In this document: one piece after another, positions 1-12,900 of the stretch
How positions within the stretch are numbered: position 1 is the first letter of the stretch
Layout: each line of letters starts with the position of its first letter
NCBI GenBank assembly: GCA_943704425.1
Contig: CALSCP010000945.1
Location: forward strand, 217,165-281,164
Length of the DNA stretch: 64,000 nt
Source: Ministeria vibrans ATCC 50519
Lineage: Eukaryota; Protista; Filasterea
Direction of reading: 5' to 3'
The notes under the pieces: generated by a model
Told to the model about the DNA's origin: nothing
The model's input: only the letters and a program-made list of their open reading frames with translations
Database searches by the model: none
Program-made: the position numbers and the translations under genes

Positions 1-280
1 CGATTAGGAAGCCCTACTGTTCATAACTCAACTCTCATCATCGCAAATAAATTTTTTTTTGCTCTCTTTCTCTCTCTCAATTCTCTACCTGATCAGTCCT
101 TCATCTCGTACAAGGCTTACAATTAAATTACTCATCTATGTTCTCCATGACTCCATCTCAAAGCAAGAAATAAGTTTGGCTTTGAATAATGAAAAATGAA
201 TAGATTGATCGTGCGATCAAAATATGATCCTCTTTTATTAATAATAATTTTTTTTCGATTTTCATTTTTTTTCATCAAAA

Positions 281-743
281 ATGGATCTTGAAGACGTTGA
301 CGCCCTTCTCGACGCACCACTCCGTGCCCCCGTGGCAACAGACAAGGCCCCCACGGTATGTGAATGGCATCTCGTGTCACACATGCGTCTCATTTTTTTT
401 TTTTTTTTCTCAGACAAAAGAAACTTCGCCACGCGACCGCGAGCCAGAGCGTGAACGGGACCGGGATCGGGACCGTGAGCGGGACCGTGACCGAGACCGC
501 GAGCGTAGCCGGCACAGCGACCGCGAGCGGGACCGCGATGGGCGCGACAGAGACGACAGACACCACCACCACCACCACCACCATCGCAGAGGCAGTCGCG
601 ATGACCGTCGCTCCGACGATCGCAGACGCGACGACCGCCACTCCCGCGACCACCGCGCCGGCGAGCGACGACGCAGCCGTACCCCGCCTGCCCCCGCCGC
701 CAGAAGGTCTCCTACGCCTCCAGAGGCCACAACATTATCAAAG
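281..743 (+). CDS. RBM39: RBM39/CAPER splicing factor, N-terminal part (exons 281-355 and 414-743; RS/RD-rich)
   Basis: MDLEDVDALLDAP resembles the RBM39 start (MADDIDIEAMLEAP). GT-AG intron 356-413, then an RD/RS-rich exon. It ends ...TLSK with a phase-0 donor at 744 that joins in frame to EERMIRTV at 14688 (cf. NLTPEERDARTV). Confidence 0.85.
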
Positions 744-794
744 GTTCGCCGATTTGCCCCGAGGTGAATGGCCAGCAGTGCGCTGGGCATGGTT

Positions 795-804
795 NNNNNN
801 NNNN
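795..804. other. 10-N scaffold gap
   Basis: Run of n in the sequence. Confidence 1.
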
Positions 805-1440
805 GGGGGGGTGAGGGAGGAAGGGGTCGGCGATGGGGGTCGGCGGAGGGGGCTGCGGTGTGAGAGTGGCAGCGAGGGCCGCAATCTGGGAGGCGGAGGG
901 GGGGTGGCGCGGGGTGGCGCGGCGAGGAACGCGTCCCGAGCGGACGGTGGGCGGTGGTGGTGGTGATTGCGGATGCTGGTGGTGGCTGTCTGTGGTCGTG
1001 GTGTGGGATGATGGTTGTTTTTGTGTTTGTGGCGAGGATTGGTGTGGTTGTTGTCGTAGCGGTGCGGCGTGGGAGGTGGATGGGCGGTGGCGTTTGGGTG
1101 GTGGGGGGTGCGTTGCGTCGGATTGTTGGTGTGGTTGTGGTGCTTGGTGGGTTGCAGGCCGACGTTTGCGCGATCGCGATCCGCCGCTGCCTGTACCGCG
1201 TCTGCTTGGCGCTGTGCTGAGGATCGCGGGAGCTGACACCCCTGACGCGGATGCGCTTGAAGCCCCCACGGCCGTTGCGGAGGCGCCTGGAGCAGGGCTT
1301 TCCGGTTCAGGTTCGACGTAGCGCGAGGGTTTTTTCCGTTGACGCTTGTTCGGCGACGAGCCGCTGCCACTGGCGCCGTTGCGGGAGCCACCAGAGCGAC
1401 CGTTTTCCCGCGTCGTTGCTAACTTTCCGTCGCTGTGCTG

Positions 1441-1474
<34 letters not shown>

Positions 1475-1950
1475 TCGTGATCGTCGTCGTCGTTGTCGCT
1501 GGCTGCGGCGCCATCGCCAATGCCTTGGCTGTCGACAACCGAATGTTGCGTCGCTCCTTGTCCAGCAGTCGGGCTCTCGATGAGCGTCGAATGCGGGGCC
1601 AGGAGTGTGTCCAGATCCATAGGTATGCTTGGAGCACTCGGATCCGCCTGAGACGGCGTGGGCGCTGTGCCAGAGGCGTGGGCATTTTTCACAGACGGCA
1701 AAAGCAAGGCAGTATGGGCGTTTGACGCATCAACGCCGTTTCCCACGCTCTCTCCGAGCGAGGCAAGCTCGTACGACATGGATGTGTCCACTGGGCCGGT
1801 AGCGCTGAGCAGAGAGGACTTTGCAGCCGCAAGCGGACTGTGCGTTGACAGCGGCTCTGTGTCAATGTCCAGCGCCTCAGAAATAGGCAGGGTGGCTTTG
1901 GAGAGCTCCTGAAACGACGCAAGTGGTGCGTCAGGGGATGGGGGTTCCAT
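805..1950 (-). CDS. Hypothetical low-complexity protein, 3' end truncated by the gap
   Basis: Long open frame from MEPPSPDAP with a poly-D tract and an NLS-like KRQRKKPSRY. It runs into the N gap. Confidence 0.6.
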
Positions 1951-2186
1951 AAAGAAAGAAAAGCTAATCAGAAATGTGAAATGAGGAATGAGATCAATGA
2001 GTTGACAAAAGTCAATCATTCACGAGAAACGAAAACGATGTTATTGGCTAAGAGGGCGTTTTCGCTTTTCAGCGATTTTTTATGTGTACTGGACTGGTGT
2101 TGGTTACTTGATCATTCAGAATACTATTACATTAATTCTATTTATAGTCCATCTCACTCATACTTTGACTGGACGAGCCGCTCAGC

Positions 2187-3028
2187 TCATTCTTTGTCGA
2201 CGACTTGCCCTTCTTCGTACTCGGTTGTGGCCGTGGGTCTCTTCAGCAACGGTGCACCAGGGTTGCGATGGAGGTTCTTGCGACAGGCCCGCACAAATCC
2301 TTCGACGTCCGCAGGTGACACAAACACATTGCGAAAGTTGCCCTAATAACAATAATTATAAAACATTTATATAATAAAAAAGTAGAACAAGGTCGGTGAG
2401 TGAGTCCATGTATACCAAAAGAATGGTGTTAGAAAGAGGATGCAAGATGCGGTGTGGGGCGTACATGACGGCGGATGGTGACGCGGTTCTCAAGCGAAGA
2501 GGTAAACTTGAGTCCTGTCATGTAGATAAATCCAGGATCTGCCATAACCTCAATCACTTCCTCGATGGGCAACGACCAGGTGATGAGGCCCAAGTAGATG
2601 TCGATGTGAGTTGATCTGGGACGAATACGAGCGGGTTTTCAGTGTTGAGATATTGTGGGAATGTTTTCAGATGACATTGGAAGGTAAAAGTGAAACAAGG
2701 CAAAGAAACTAACCTAACGGCCAAGCGCCGCGGCATGATGCAGCCCAGGAGCGGAATGATGATGGCCCATGCAATGAGGATGGAATAGCCGGCTGAGTTG
2801 GGCACCTGCGAGCTGGAGAAGAACCAGGCGGCCATGGCGATGTTGAGGGCAGCGACGAAGACCAGGAGGACGACGATCCACGAGGCATACTCGCTGGAGC
2901 ACGAGAATCTAACGGGGAACGGGAGGAGGGGGATGAGAGAAGAGATGAGACGACTAATGAATGACTAATCGTTGATCGTACTCCTCATCGGGAATTCGGC
3001 GACGACACGAGCACTTTCCGCCACACAT
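2187..3028 (-). CDS. Small 2-TM membrane protein with a bacterial-type PH (bPH)-like domain, 4 exons
   Basis: Phase-consistent GT-AG splicing gives MCGGKCSC...WIVVLLVFVAALNIAMAAWFF...ILIAWAIIIPLLGCIMPRR...SLPIEEVIEV...SSLENRVTIRRHGNFRNVFVSPADVEGFVRAC...stop. Confidence 0.6.
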
Positions 3029-3290
3029 GCGAGAGATACGATGGCACAGAGACTACCTGTCTGTTCGAGGGAACGCACTGCTTCGACTGAGAGGAAAGAT
3101 TAATTCTATTTAATCATTATTATTTTTAATTTTTATTATAATAATTAAATTAAATTTTTATTATTTTTGTATATTTTTAACGGCAGTAAACAATAATGAC
3201 ACTATGACTCAAATAATTTTAAATTCGTCTCAAATAATTACTATTAATTATTATAAAATTAATACATAAAATAGCAATGAAACTGTGAAA

Positions 3291-5014
3291 CTACTCATTC
3301 TCCTCCAACACCCGCAACACCTCGCGCATGGTAGGTCTTCTCACTGCCTCCCTGTGCCAACATGCACGCATCAACGCCGCCAACCACGCTTCGCACGAAT
3401 CGGGTATCTTAGGGCGTCGCCCGGCCACCACTGCCTCAAACACAGCGTGCGCTGGCATGTCCTTGAACGGTGTCTTGCGCGCCACCATCTCCCACAACAG
3501 TACTCCAAACCCATACACATCCACTGCCGCCGACGCCAATTCACCACCACTGACATTTCGTGCAATGAGCATCTCGGGTGCAAGCCAGGCAGGCGTGCCC
3601 CGCAGTGCGCCACTTGTGCCCACATGGGATGTCGAGACACGAGCAAACCCAAAGTCCGCCAATTTCGCCGTCACCGATCCAACCGTGAGACTGCTCAGCA
3701 ACACATTAGCGCTCTTCACATCCCGATGCACCACCTGTGCCGCGCGCGAATGCAAATAGTGCAGTCCACGCGCCACATCCGCAGCCAGTGCGCTCAGAGA
3801 CACACCCGTAAGCGCAAAAGACGGCACTCGCAACGCACTGTGCAACGTCCCACCCATCATATACTCCATGACCAGCACCACATCATGACACGCTCCATAG
3901 TCCAAACACACGCCAAGCAACTGTACCACATTGGGATGACGCAACGACCACATCACACCCGCTTCAGCGCGAAAATACTCTCCGTCACGCACACTCACTC
4001 CCGCACGCAGTCGCTTTACCGCCACCCGCATCTCCGCAAACCTTCCCAAAAACACCTCCCCAACGGCACCCGTGCCCAGTCGTGCGCTTTCATCCACTTC
4101 AATCGCCTCTTCATCCAACTCATAGCATGTCACTGTCGCCAATACTGCTTCAAGCTGTGCCACACGTCGCTCACTCGCGCGACACTCTTCTTCCAATTGT
4201 TTAATGCGCTCTTCCAGCTTTCCAGTGCGCTGAAAACCCCGTCATATTAGTTATCTGTATTTTTCGTTACGTCGTATGTACTATGTACCTCACGTACAGC
4301 CTGTGCCGCAGTTGTTTGGGTTGTTGTTGGTACTGTTGCAGTTGATGGTTTTGGTGGTTTTACATTGGACGATCGCAGAAGGGACTGCTCCGCCTGAGAT
4401 GCAGTGTACGAGCGCAACCAGCCACTAGCAGCGACAAGAACCCGATTGATTTCGCCCGTGTCACTTAGTCCGGCACGACGAAGAAGTGTTTGAGCGCGTA
4501 TGCGAGCCAGGGAACAAAACTGAAGCACCGAATTTACCCCAAGACGATTTAACGAGACACACAACGATTCCGCCTGACAAACTCGACGTCCGCGCAACCA
4601 CAACAAGAGCGATTCCTCTTCGGCGGCAACGCTAGGCACACTTGCAAGAGCATCTCCTACAGCGGCAACGGCCGTCTCCGCCACAGTGGTGGAGGAGGGA
4701 GAGAGAGGCGCCAATGGACCAACGTCGCCGTCGTTGTCGTCGTCGTCGTCCGCTGTCGCGTCGCTCACTTCAATCCCATCGTCGCGCGACATGACATGCA
4801 CTCGCCGATGATGCTCCAACGTTGCTCCAATGGTTCTGGCACTCGTCATTGGCTGAGCGGCTCGAGGAAGCGAACTTGACCATCTCGGCTGTGACGACAG
4901 CAAAGAAGATGAAACGGAAGTCGAAGCTGCCCGTTTTTGCCCATGCGACCGTTGCTCCAACAAGTCAACTTCGTGTTCTAGCGTCTTGATGCTGGGTGCG
5001 CCGGTGCGGGGCAT
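3291..5014 (-). CDS. TKL-group Ser/Thr kinase with a SAM-like region and coiled coil (intron ~4231-4288)
   Basis: GTGAVG, VAVK, HRDVKSANVL, DFG and GTPAWLAPE motifs. A phase-0 intron joins ORFs 4247-5020 and 3291-4196. Confidence 0.85.
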
Positions 5015-5060
5015 TATCAATCACAAAAAATAATAGAAAAAGATTTAAGAACGTTCCATA

Positions 5061-5087
5061 ATCAATCACAAACGAAAAGCGACAACA
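5061..5087 (-). promoter_or_regulatory. 27-nt upstream motif TGTTGTCGCTTTTCGTTTGTGATTGAT (copy 1)
   Basis: Identical to 41583-41609. Lies ~47 nt upstream of the TKL kinase ATG, in the same orientation relative to its gene. Confidence 0.5.
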
Positions 5088-5135
5088 TAAATAAAGAAAG
5101 GAAGCGAAATGTACAATAAAATATTGAATATCTCT

Positions 5136-7474
5136 TTATACTACAGACCAAACTCTCGCAGTCTTATCAGCACTCGACGTGGCAAACATTGTCCCTTCAG
5201 GATGCCACCGTGCCTGCACAATCTTTCCAGAGTGCGTTGCCACAATCGACGATTCGAACGTCTAAAAAATCGAAATCAATCACTATCAATCAAAACAAAC
5301 ACACTGATAATTATATTAATTATTATTATTATTATTTTGTCACTACCGCCATGTCAGTAAGACACACTGAACCATCGTAGGAAGCAGTGAGCAACCATTT
5401 TGAATCAGGCGAAAACCTACTCCACTCAAAATTAACACATTGAAAACAAAAACAAGAACATACCTCACAGAGCGCACATCACTCGAATGAACATCCAACG
5501 ATCGCACATACGACCCATTTGCGTAGTCAAACAAATGCACGCCACCAGCACCACCACTTCCACTATAGCTAGCAGCATCATTGCCACTCACAGCCAACCA
5601 TTTTGTGTGTGCGTCCACATCACACGCAAGCACTGCTCCCAAAGGACTGTCTCGCTGGAGATCAAACACACGCACACACGTCTCACTGCGCAAATCCCAT
5701 TCGCGCACAGTCCCATCAAGCGCACCACTCAGCACCGAGTGACTTGGGCTCGCAAGCACACTTGACACATGATCGGAATGCCCTTTGAACACACTCACAC
5801 ACGTCCCACGCCCCACATCGCTTGTCCGCACAGCACAGTCCCCCGCTCCCCCACTCACTACCATTTCATCACCCTTCACAAACACCACATCGCGCACTGT
5901 GCCGTCGTGCACCCACATCTCTCGCTCTGCATCAACACACAGCTCATTCGCATCCACTCCACTCGTGTACCCAACTCGCGCCACTCGCACACTCTTGTCA
6001 TTCGACCCACTCGCAATCAGCCTCCCACTGCCACTCCACGCCGCACAGTAAACTGACCCGTCGTGATACTTATCCCTCTACGCATCACACACTCTAATCA
6101 GACCTCAAACACCTCATATACTTCCATCTTTTTTACCTTTGCAAGCACAGTGAGTGGTTCGTCGCTCGCACTGCTATCGGGCACTGCACACACTCGCAGT
6201 GAGCGTGAGTTTGCACCCACCGCCAAGTGTGTTCCATTGTGGGAGAACGACACACAGCGCACCGGCTGAGCATCGCGGAGTACGCCACAGCAGTGGAATG
6301 GGCGCGAGAGCAGGGAGCGAGATTCACTCCAACGAGCAGACGTCGCCGGAGCAACTGCTGCCAGTGTGTTGTACAGCTGTTCCCTTTCTTTTTCTTCTTC
6401 TTCTTCGTCTTCGTTTTGCTGTAGTTGTTGTTGTCGCTCTTGCAGTGCCACCCGAGTGCGCTCGCGTGCTGTCTCCATGGCCGCGCGCAGTCCACTGTCC
6501 GTCTCGTCTGCGTTGGCTGCCAGTCGTTGTGAACTACGAGTCGCGCTTGCCAGTCGCACCACGCTGGAGCACAGTGGTGTGTCGCCTTCTGCTGCGACTG
6601 TTGCAATCTTGTGTTCCTCCCGCTTCTCTCTGTCCCCTTCAATTCTCGCCTTCTCTTCCGACTGCAAACGCTCTGCCCGAATTCGCTCTGCTCGTGCTTG
6701 CTCCACGCGCTGTCTTGCCTCCTCTTCCTTGTTCTGTTCGTCTACACTGCTTGCGCCACATAGATGCATAAGATGCCCGCGAGACACGACATAGGGCCAG
6801 TCGAGGACGTCGACGTTGACGTCCGCCTTGCCAGTGAGCGCGCGCGAAAACAACGGGACGATCTCAACAAAACACCGCTCGCGACCGATCGCTACAGTCC
6901 AATCGTCAAACTCGGTGTGTGGCGGCTCATCAGCGGTCTGCGGTGATGGATGGCTTAGAAGGAAGCAGAGACGCTCGAAGTCGCTGTCGCTGACGCTGGA
7001 CAACTCACGTAAGCGAGTCAACACTGACACAAGTTGACTGACGAGGCGAGGCGACGACACGCCGCGTTCGCTGCACGCCCCAATAATGCCAGAGTCGGCA
7101 TCAGCTCCGTCGCCTGTCTCGCCGATAGCCTCGTCGTCTGTGACGCCGCCGTCGTCCACAATCTCAAAAGCGTCGTTGAAACCGTTGCCAAGCAACTCGA
7201 AAAACTGTGCGCGCAACAGGCAACGCTTCATGGCCGGAAAGACTTCGGGCCACTGGCAAAGATGCTCACTCTCTCGCATCGGGGCAATAAAGTGAAGCGC
7301 CGACGCCCAACGACCGTCCAGGATGCATGCACGCAAAAACCGTACTTCTTCGCTTCCCTTCACACACTCCTCCAAATGCGCCTCCCTCTCAAGGCTCCTG
7401 GCAGTGCCCACATAGCCGCGCTCGTACAGATACCCGAGGACTAGTTGATCTAGATTCGAGAGGATAGTCGCCAT
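5136..7474 (-). CDS. WDR47: WDR47/nemitin-like LisH-CTLH-WD40 protein
   Basis: LisH (LVLGYLYERGYVGTARSLEREA) and CTLH (FLRACILDGRW) motifs. The first WD repeat (QPVRCVSFSHNGTHLAVGANSRSLRVC) is WDR47-like. Ends SSADKTARVWSVV*. Confidence 0.85.
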
Positions 7475-7597
7475 GAACAAGAAAATAATTAAAAGAGATC
7501 GTCATGAATAAGATTGTCGAAAACCTTTCTTCTTTTCACTTTTCAGTGAGTTTTCACTTTCTTTTTCGTCTTTTTGACTGAATACGAACAAATTCCC

Positions 7598-8795
7598 ATG
7601 AGATCTATCGTGTACCTCACGTTGTGCCTCTACATGGCGTCGGCAAGCGAAATGTACGCTGTTCTCTGACATTCCTTCGCCTAAACATTTTTGTTTTTTT
7701 TCGTTTCTCGTTTTCAGTGTTTCGCTCAATGGCAATCTGCAAATGGAGGCCAAGGCGGGCGGCAGCGTCGTGGTGTTGGCTCCCACCAGGGTCCAGGGGT
7801 TGGGTGTCGCCACAGTGAGCAGTCTGGCCGCAGAGCTGGTCGATATCAACGCAAACATGGCGCGACTCGAAGCAGAAGTGGCGGACGGCTGTTGCACGGT
7901 CGCCCTCGACAGTATCAGCCTTGTGGGCGACCCCGTGGCCCTCGACATGTCCCCCTGGTCCGAAACAACGCTTGTTCGCAACGATGTGACGGTCAGCTCA
8001 AACAGTGCACTTGCGTCGCTGACGGGACTCAACAGACTGTGTACTGTCAAGCGACACATCACGATCCACTCCAACCCAGTGATGACCAGCCTGAATGGCC
8101 TCTCTCGTCTGACCATTGTCAATGGTGACCTTGACCTTGAAAATCTCGGGGCCCTCATCTCACTGCGGGATCTCGGCTCGCTGTTGACCGTCGACGGCAA
8201 CCTTCGTCTCTCACAACTCCAGCACCTCGGGTCGCTCACTGGCCTCGAATTGCTCGGCTCCGTGGGTGGCAATTTTCACCTTGAACTCCTCCCTTCTCTC
8301 ACTACCCTGGGCGCTGCGTCGTCGCTCACCACCATTGGCGGCAATCTCCAACTCAGCAGTCTCACTCAACTCAGCTCGCTCTCTCTCGACTCTCTCCAGC
8401 TCATCTCGGGCTCTCTGTCCATCACCGACGCAGATCTCGTCACCACATCATTCCCCGCTCTGCAGCGCATTGAAGGCAACGCCTTATTCAGCATTGGATC
8501 GACGGCCGAGCGTCTCTCGCTCCCTCTTCTCACCCACATTACAGGCAACCTTCAAATCTCCCTCAACACCAATCTGCACACCGTCGACGCCTTTGCTGTC
8601 GCCTCCCTCGGCGGAACCCTTCGCATCACCTTCAACGCTCTTACCAGTCTATCCTTCCTCGACTCCCTCCGCTCCTTTTCCGGCCCCCTCGACATCTGGG
8701 AACCCTCTGCCTCCATCTGCAACTCCACTCTGGTCCGTCTCACTGCTCTCGCCTCCTCTGCCTCCGTCAACGTTGGCCAGATTAACAACTGTTAA
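7598..8795 (+). CDS. Secreted Receptor-L-domain (beta-helix) repeat protein
   Basis: Signal peptide MRSIVYLTLCLYMASAS, one intron, then repeated LxxLxxLxxIxGxLxI units. No TM segment. Confidence 0.7.
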
Positions 8796-8988
8796 ATTAG
8801 TATCGTCATTAAAAATCAAACCCATATTAATACTAGGATATTATGTCGTAATAAAATAAAAATAATAATAATAGTAATAATAATTATATATTTTTATAAA
8901 TAAATTTATTATTACTAATATTAATTACTATTATTATTATTAAAAATAATTGTTATTGCTTCTTTCAAATCAAATTGTTTATCATTCA

Positions 8989-9921
8989 ATGGATTCAGAT
9001 CACTCAGAGGAACCCCCACAAGAACAAGAAACCAGCCTTAGTGACACAGTCAAGGCTTTGGGCGGGACGTTCAATGGCGCCTTCAGTGTACGCTGAGGGG
9101 AGAACACTCAAAAGCAAAAATAATATTATAATAATAATAATAATTCTCCAGCAACTCTCTAAGACCCTTTCTCAAACCGTGGAGATTACAGGCGCCATGA
9201 ACGGTCTCTTGGAACAGCTTCTTGTTTCCAACATGCACATCGGTAGAATACAAAATTGAGTGTCGTTTGATCGAAACTCAGTTGTGTAGATTGCTCGATT
9301 GGCCCAACGGACACGCCCGACTCCTACACGGTGACAGTGACGTCGCGAAACACCTCTCCGTTCGATGTAGCCTCTGTGAGTCACACGCTGGCGCTCGCGA
9401 CTGCCGCCACCGCGACAGCAGTGCCGTTCGACGACGACCACAGCAGTCGAGCCCCGTCCCCTCTCAACAGTCTCCACCACACCATCGACACGCACCGCAT
9501 CTCTCTGAAAGGCGCCCCTTCATCTACACTGACTCCTCTTGTACTCACCGCCACCCTCACCGTCCTCAATCCAACGAGCGGCAAAGCACACCACAAACAA
9601 GCAACTGCGACTCTGTCTCGTCTTGCTCAATGCACCTGTACCGCAAGCGCTCCACAGCACCCTCACTTAGTCGAACCCCTCTACGACCATCACACAACAT
9701 CAGTCGACGCAATGGCACTGCGACATCTCTTCCGTCTGTCGCCACTCAACGCTATCCAGCGCCATCTTCACCTTCACATTGCTCACCCTCCATCCACACT
9801 CTCCGTCACTTTCACTGTCCTCGACACTGACCCAACTCGCACCGACGCAGTGCTCGTTGTACCGCTCACGGATGATCCCTCGGCGGCGCTATTCGCCCAA
9901 GAGCTGAGTGCATTGTTATGA
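8989..9921 (+). CDS. Hypothetical protein (3 exons)
   Basis: MDSDHSEEPP... splices with consistent phase through two short introns into ORF 9331-9921. Confidence 0.55.
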
Positions 9922-9946
9922 AGAAGTAATAAAAAATTGTATTTTA

Positions 9947-12900
9947 TCACTTGTCGTTCGACAGGAGACTGTAGTCGTGAACGGGACGGATTTTGACCGC
10001 AGTATGGCGGCCATGGCGGGGGGATCTTGGGGTGCGGGAGGTGGCAGAGGAAGGAGAGGAAAGAGAGAGGCCGTTTGTGGTGGGGGTGGTGGTGCTGGGG
10101 GAGGAGGAGGAGGAGGGGGAGGAAGGAGGGGGAGGAGATAGGGGTTGGAGGGGAGAGGGAACGGCGGTGGAGGGAGGAGGGGAGAGGGCTTTGGTGCGTG
10201 GCGGTGTGGATGTGAGTGTGGATGTGAGTGTGGGCGTAGGTGTAGATGTGGGTGTGGGTGTGGGTTGCGGTTGAGCGGGTTGTGGTGGCAGTTGGGGTTG
10301 AGCAGATTGCGGGTGTTGTAGGAGAGGATGTTGCGGCTGAGAAGAAGGCGGTTGCTGGTAATGCTGATTTGGTTGCTGCTGTTGCTGATGCTGATGTTGT
10401 TGCTGCTGTTGGAACATTTTCATTTGCTGGTATTGTTGCTGTTGCATCATTATGGCGACCTTCTGCTGTTGTTGTTGCTGATGCTGTTCGCGCATCATCA
10501 AATACTGTAGCATGAGCATCTTCTGGCTAGGTGTCATTTCAGGGCATTGCTGCTGCAGAAGCATCATGGCACTAAACACCGATGGTGACATAGCAGCAGC
10601 GACAGCAGCCACATTCGCTGCAGAGGTAGCGTCGGTGGTGGGAAAGGGCGGCGCACTCTCGACAGGCGCGTTGCCGTCGGTGCTCCAGCGGGGGGCACTG
10701 GCGACGACTCCCGCTCCTGTTTTAATTGTTGGTGTTGCTACTGCTGCTGCTGCTGTTGCTGCTGTTGGTGGTGTTAGTGGCAGTGATGTTGTTGTTGTCG
10801 ATGGCGTCGAGGGAGACGTGGATGTGGTGCCGTTAGAGCTGCTGGTGGTCGTAGACATAAAGGGCGTCGCGTGTACATTGAACTTGGACGCGGCCGACGC
10901 AGACTCACTGTCGTCTGCGGACGCAGAGCCATTCGCGCCCATGTCGACGGTAGGCAGAAGCTGTGACTGCGGTTGCGGTTGTGATGCGTATGGAGCATAG
11001 TTGGTCGGCGTACTGTTCATACGCGGCGAAAAGTTGTTTAGCAGCTGCTGCTGATGCTGTTGGTGGTATTGCGCTTGTGCAAGATACTGGGTTTGTTGCT
11101 GAGGAGACACGGCAGACGAAGCTCCAACGGCCGCCGTGCTGTTGGCGTAGTAGAGGAGCTGCTGTTGAGTAAGCGTGTTGGGATTGACATAGGCTGCGGC
11201 AGCGGCTGCTGCTGCTGCGGCGGCGGCAGCGGCAGACGTTGCATGAGTGTTAGCGGGCGCGGATGTGCCCATGGGAGGCCAGCCAGCAAGACCCGCTGCG
11301 CCAGGCAACACAGATGCTTGGGATTGATGTTGCTGCTGTTGCTGCTGCTGCTGCTGTTGCTGCTGTTGCTGCTGCAGTTGTTGTTGTTGTAGGTACGCCA
11401 GCTGGTGAGGCGAGTACATGGGCATCAGGGGAACTGCTGCAGTCGGGTCAGCAACCAGAGGTGCTCTCGCGGCATCCGCGGTAGTCACAGAAGGATCGAC
11501 TACCTGACGGTCCACACCGCCCTCCTTCTTCCTGTCCTCTTCCGCCGCCGCCGCTGCTGCTGCTGCTGCTGCTGCTGCTCCCGCTGCTTCCTCCTCTTGC
11601 TGGCGCTTGGTCGCAGCTAAGGCTTGCTCTTGGAGCTGCTTTGTCTTCTTGCGCTGCTCTTCCTCTTCCTCCTCTTGCTCCTCCTTGGCACGCGCTGCAG
11701 CCTTTTCTTCCTCCTGTTGTACCTTGGCTGCTTGATCAGCAGCACGTCGTGCCAACTCCACAAAGGTGATGGCAGAGCTCATGCTGGGCAGCTTGAGTCG
11801 CGCTTTGGGAGGATCATTGCGCGGAGCCGCCGGCTGTGGTTCAAGGCCCAGAGGACGTAAAGGATCGGGACGTGCTGCGGCCGCCGCTGCCTGGCTCTGT
11901 TCATCGGCAGCTGTGGACACAATGGTGTCAATGCGAGCACTGAGAGCCGAAGCAATGCGTGCGTCGCTGAGTGGTGAGGCACCAGTACTAGCGCGAGGAT
12001 TCGAGCGACTGGGAAGACGCACGGTGAAGGGGCAGCGAGGCAACGGAGGCGGCGCGGGACGCTGAGCAACGACGGCGGCCGCAGAGCGACGAGTTGAAGC
12101 GGCAGAGGCAGCAGTGGCGGTAGCAACGGTACTGGTGGTAATGAGAGTCGCGGCAGCACTTGTGGTTACAACGGACACAGATGGCTTCTTGGTGTTGGAA
12201 TGCTCGCGGGTCTTGGAAGGTGCGGAAGCGGTAGTTGCAGCACTCGCAGGCCTCACGGTGGGCTTGGCGGTGCGTCGCCAGTCGGTTGAGGCGTCGGCGG
12301 CTACAGCAACGGGTGCTGCTGAGCGAGACGATGATGCTGGAGTAGCAGAGGCAACAGTGGTAGAACTGCTGTTGTTGCTGCTGTTGGTGTTGGTGGCGGG
12401 AGCGGGAGCGGGAGCGGGGGCGGTGGCGGTGGCGGTGGCAGACGGAGTGGCCCAGACAGAGGAGCGGGTGGGTACGGAAGATGAGTCATCGTCGTCGGTT
12501 CGACGCATAATGCGCACCGATGACTCGTCGCGACTGTTGCTTGTGCGTCGTCGCGCCGACGCCGCTGACCCTGTCGCTGGTCCTGTTGATGCACCGCTCG
12601 CTGCGCTGTCCTTGGCTTCGGGAGAACCACTTGAGCCCCACAAGTGACGCGACGCGTCAGTGCCACTACCACGCGACGCCTGACGGCGGCTAAACGTGTC
12701 GGTGCCCACACTGAGTCGCTGTTGTGGCGATGTCGGGCCCTTTGACGACGAAGTCACCAACAAGGGTTCGGCAGGGGGTGTGGGCTTGCGGCGCACTTCG
12801 AGAGCGGCGAGTTTCTCGAGAGCGCGACGTTTAGTTTCGGCTTCGCGCTCAGCCTGTTCGCGTTCACGACGAGCACGCGCAGCCTCGGCACGGGCACGCA

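Noticed and set aside
744-794. Base-pairing arm for Giardia-style trans-splicing of RBM39
   Set aside because: No complementarity to the 3' intron half (14514-14687) is visible by eye, and the sequence ends in a gap.
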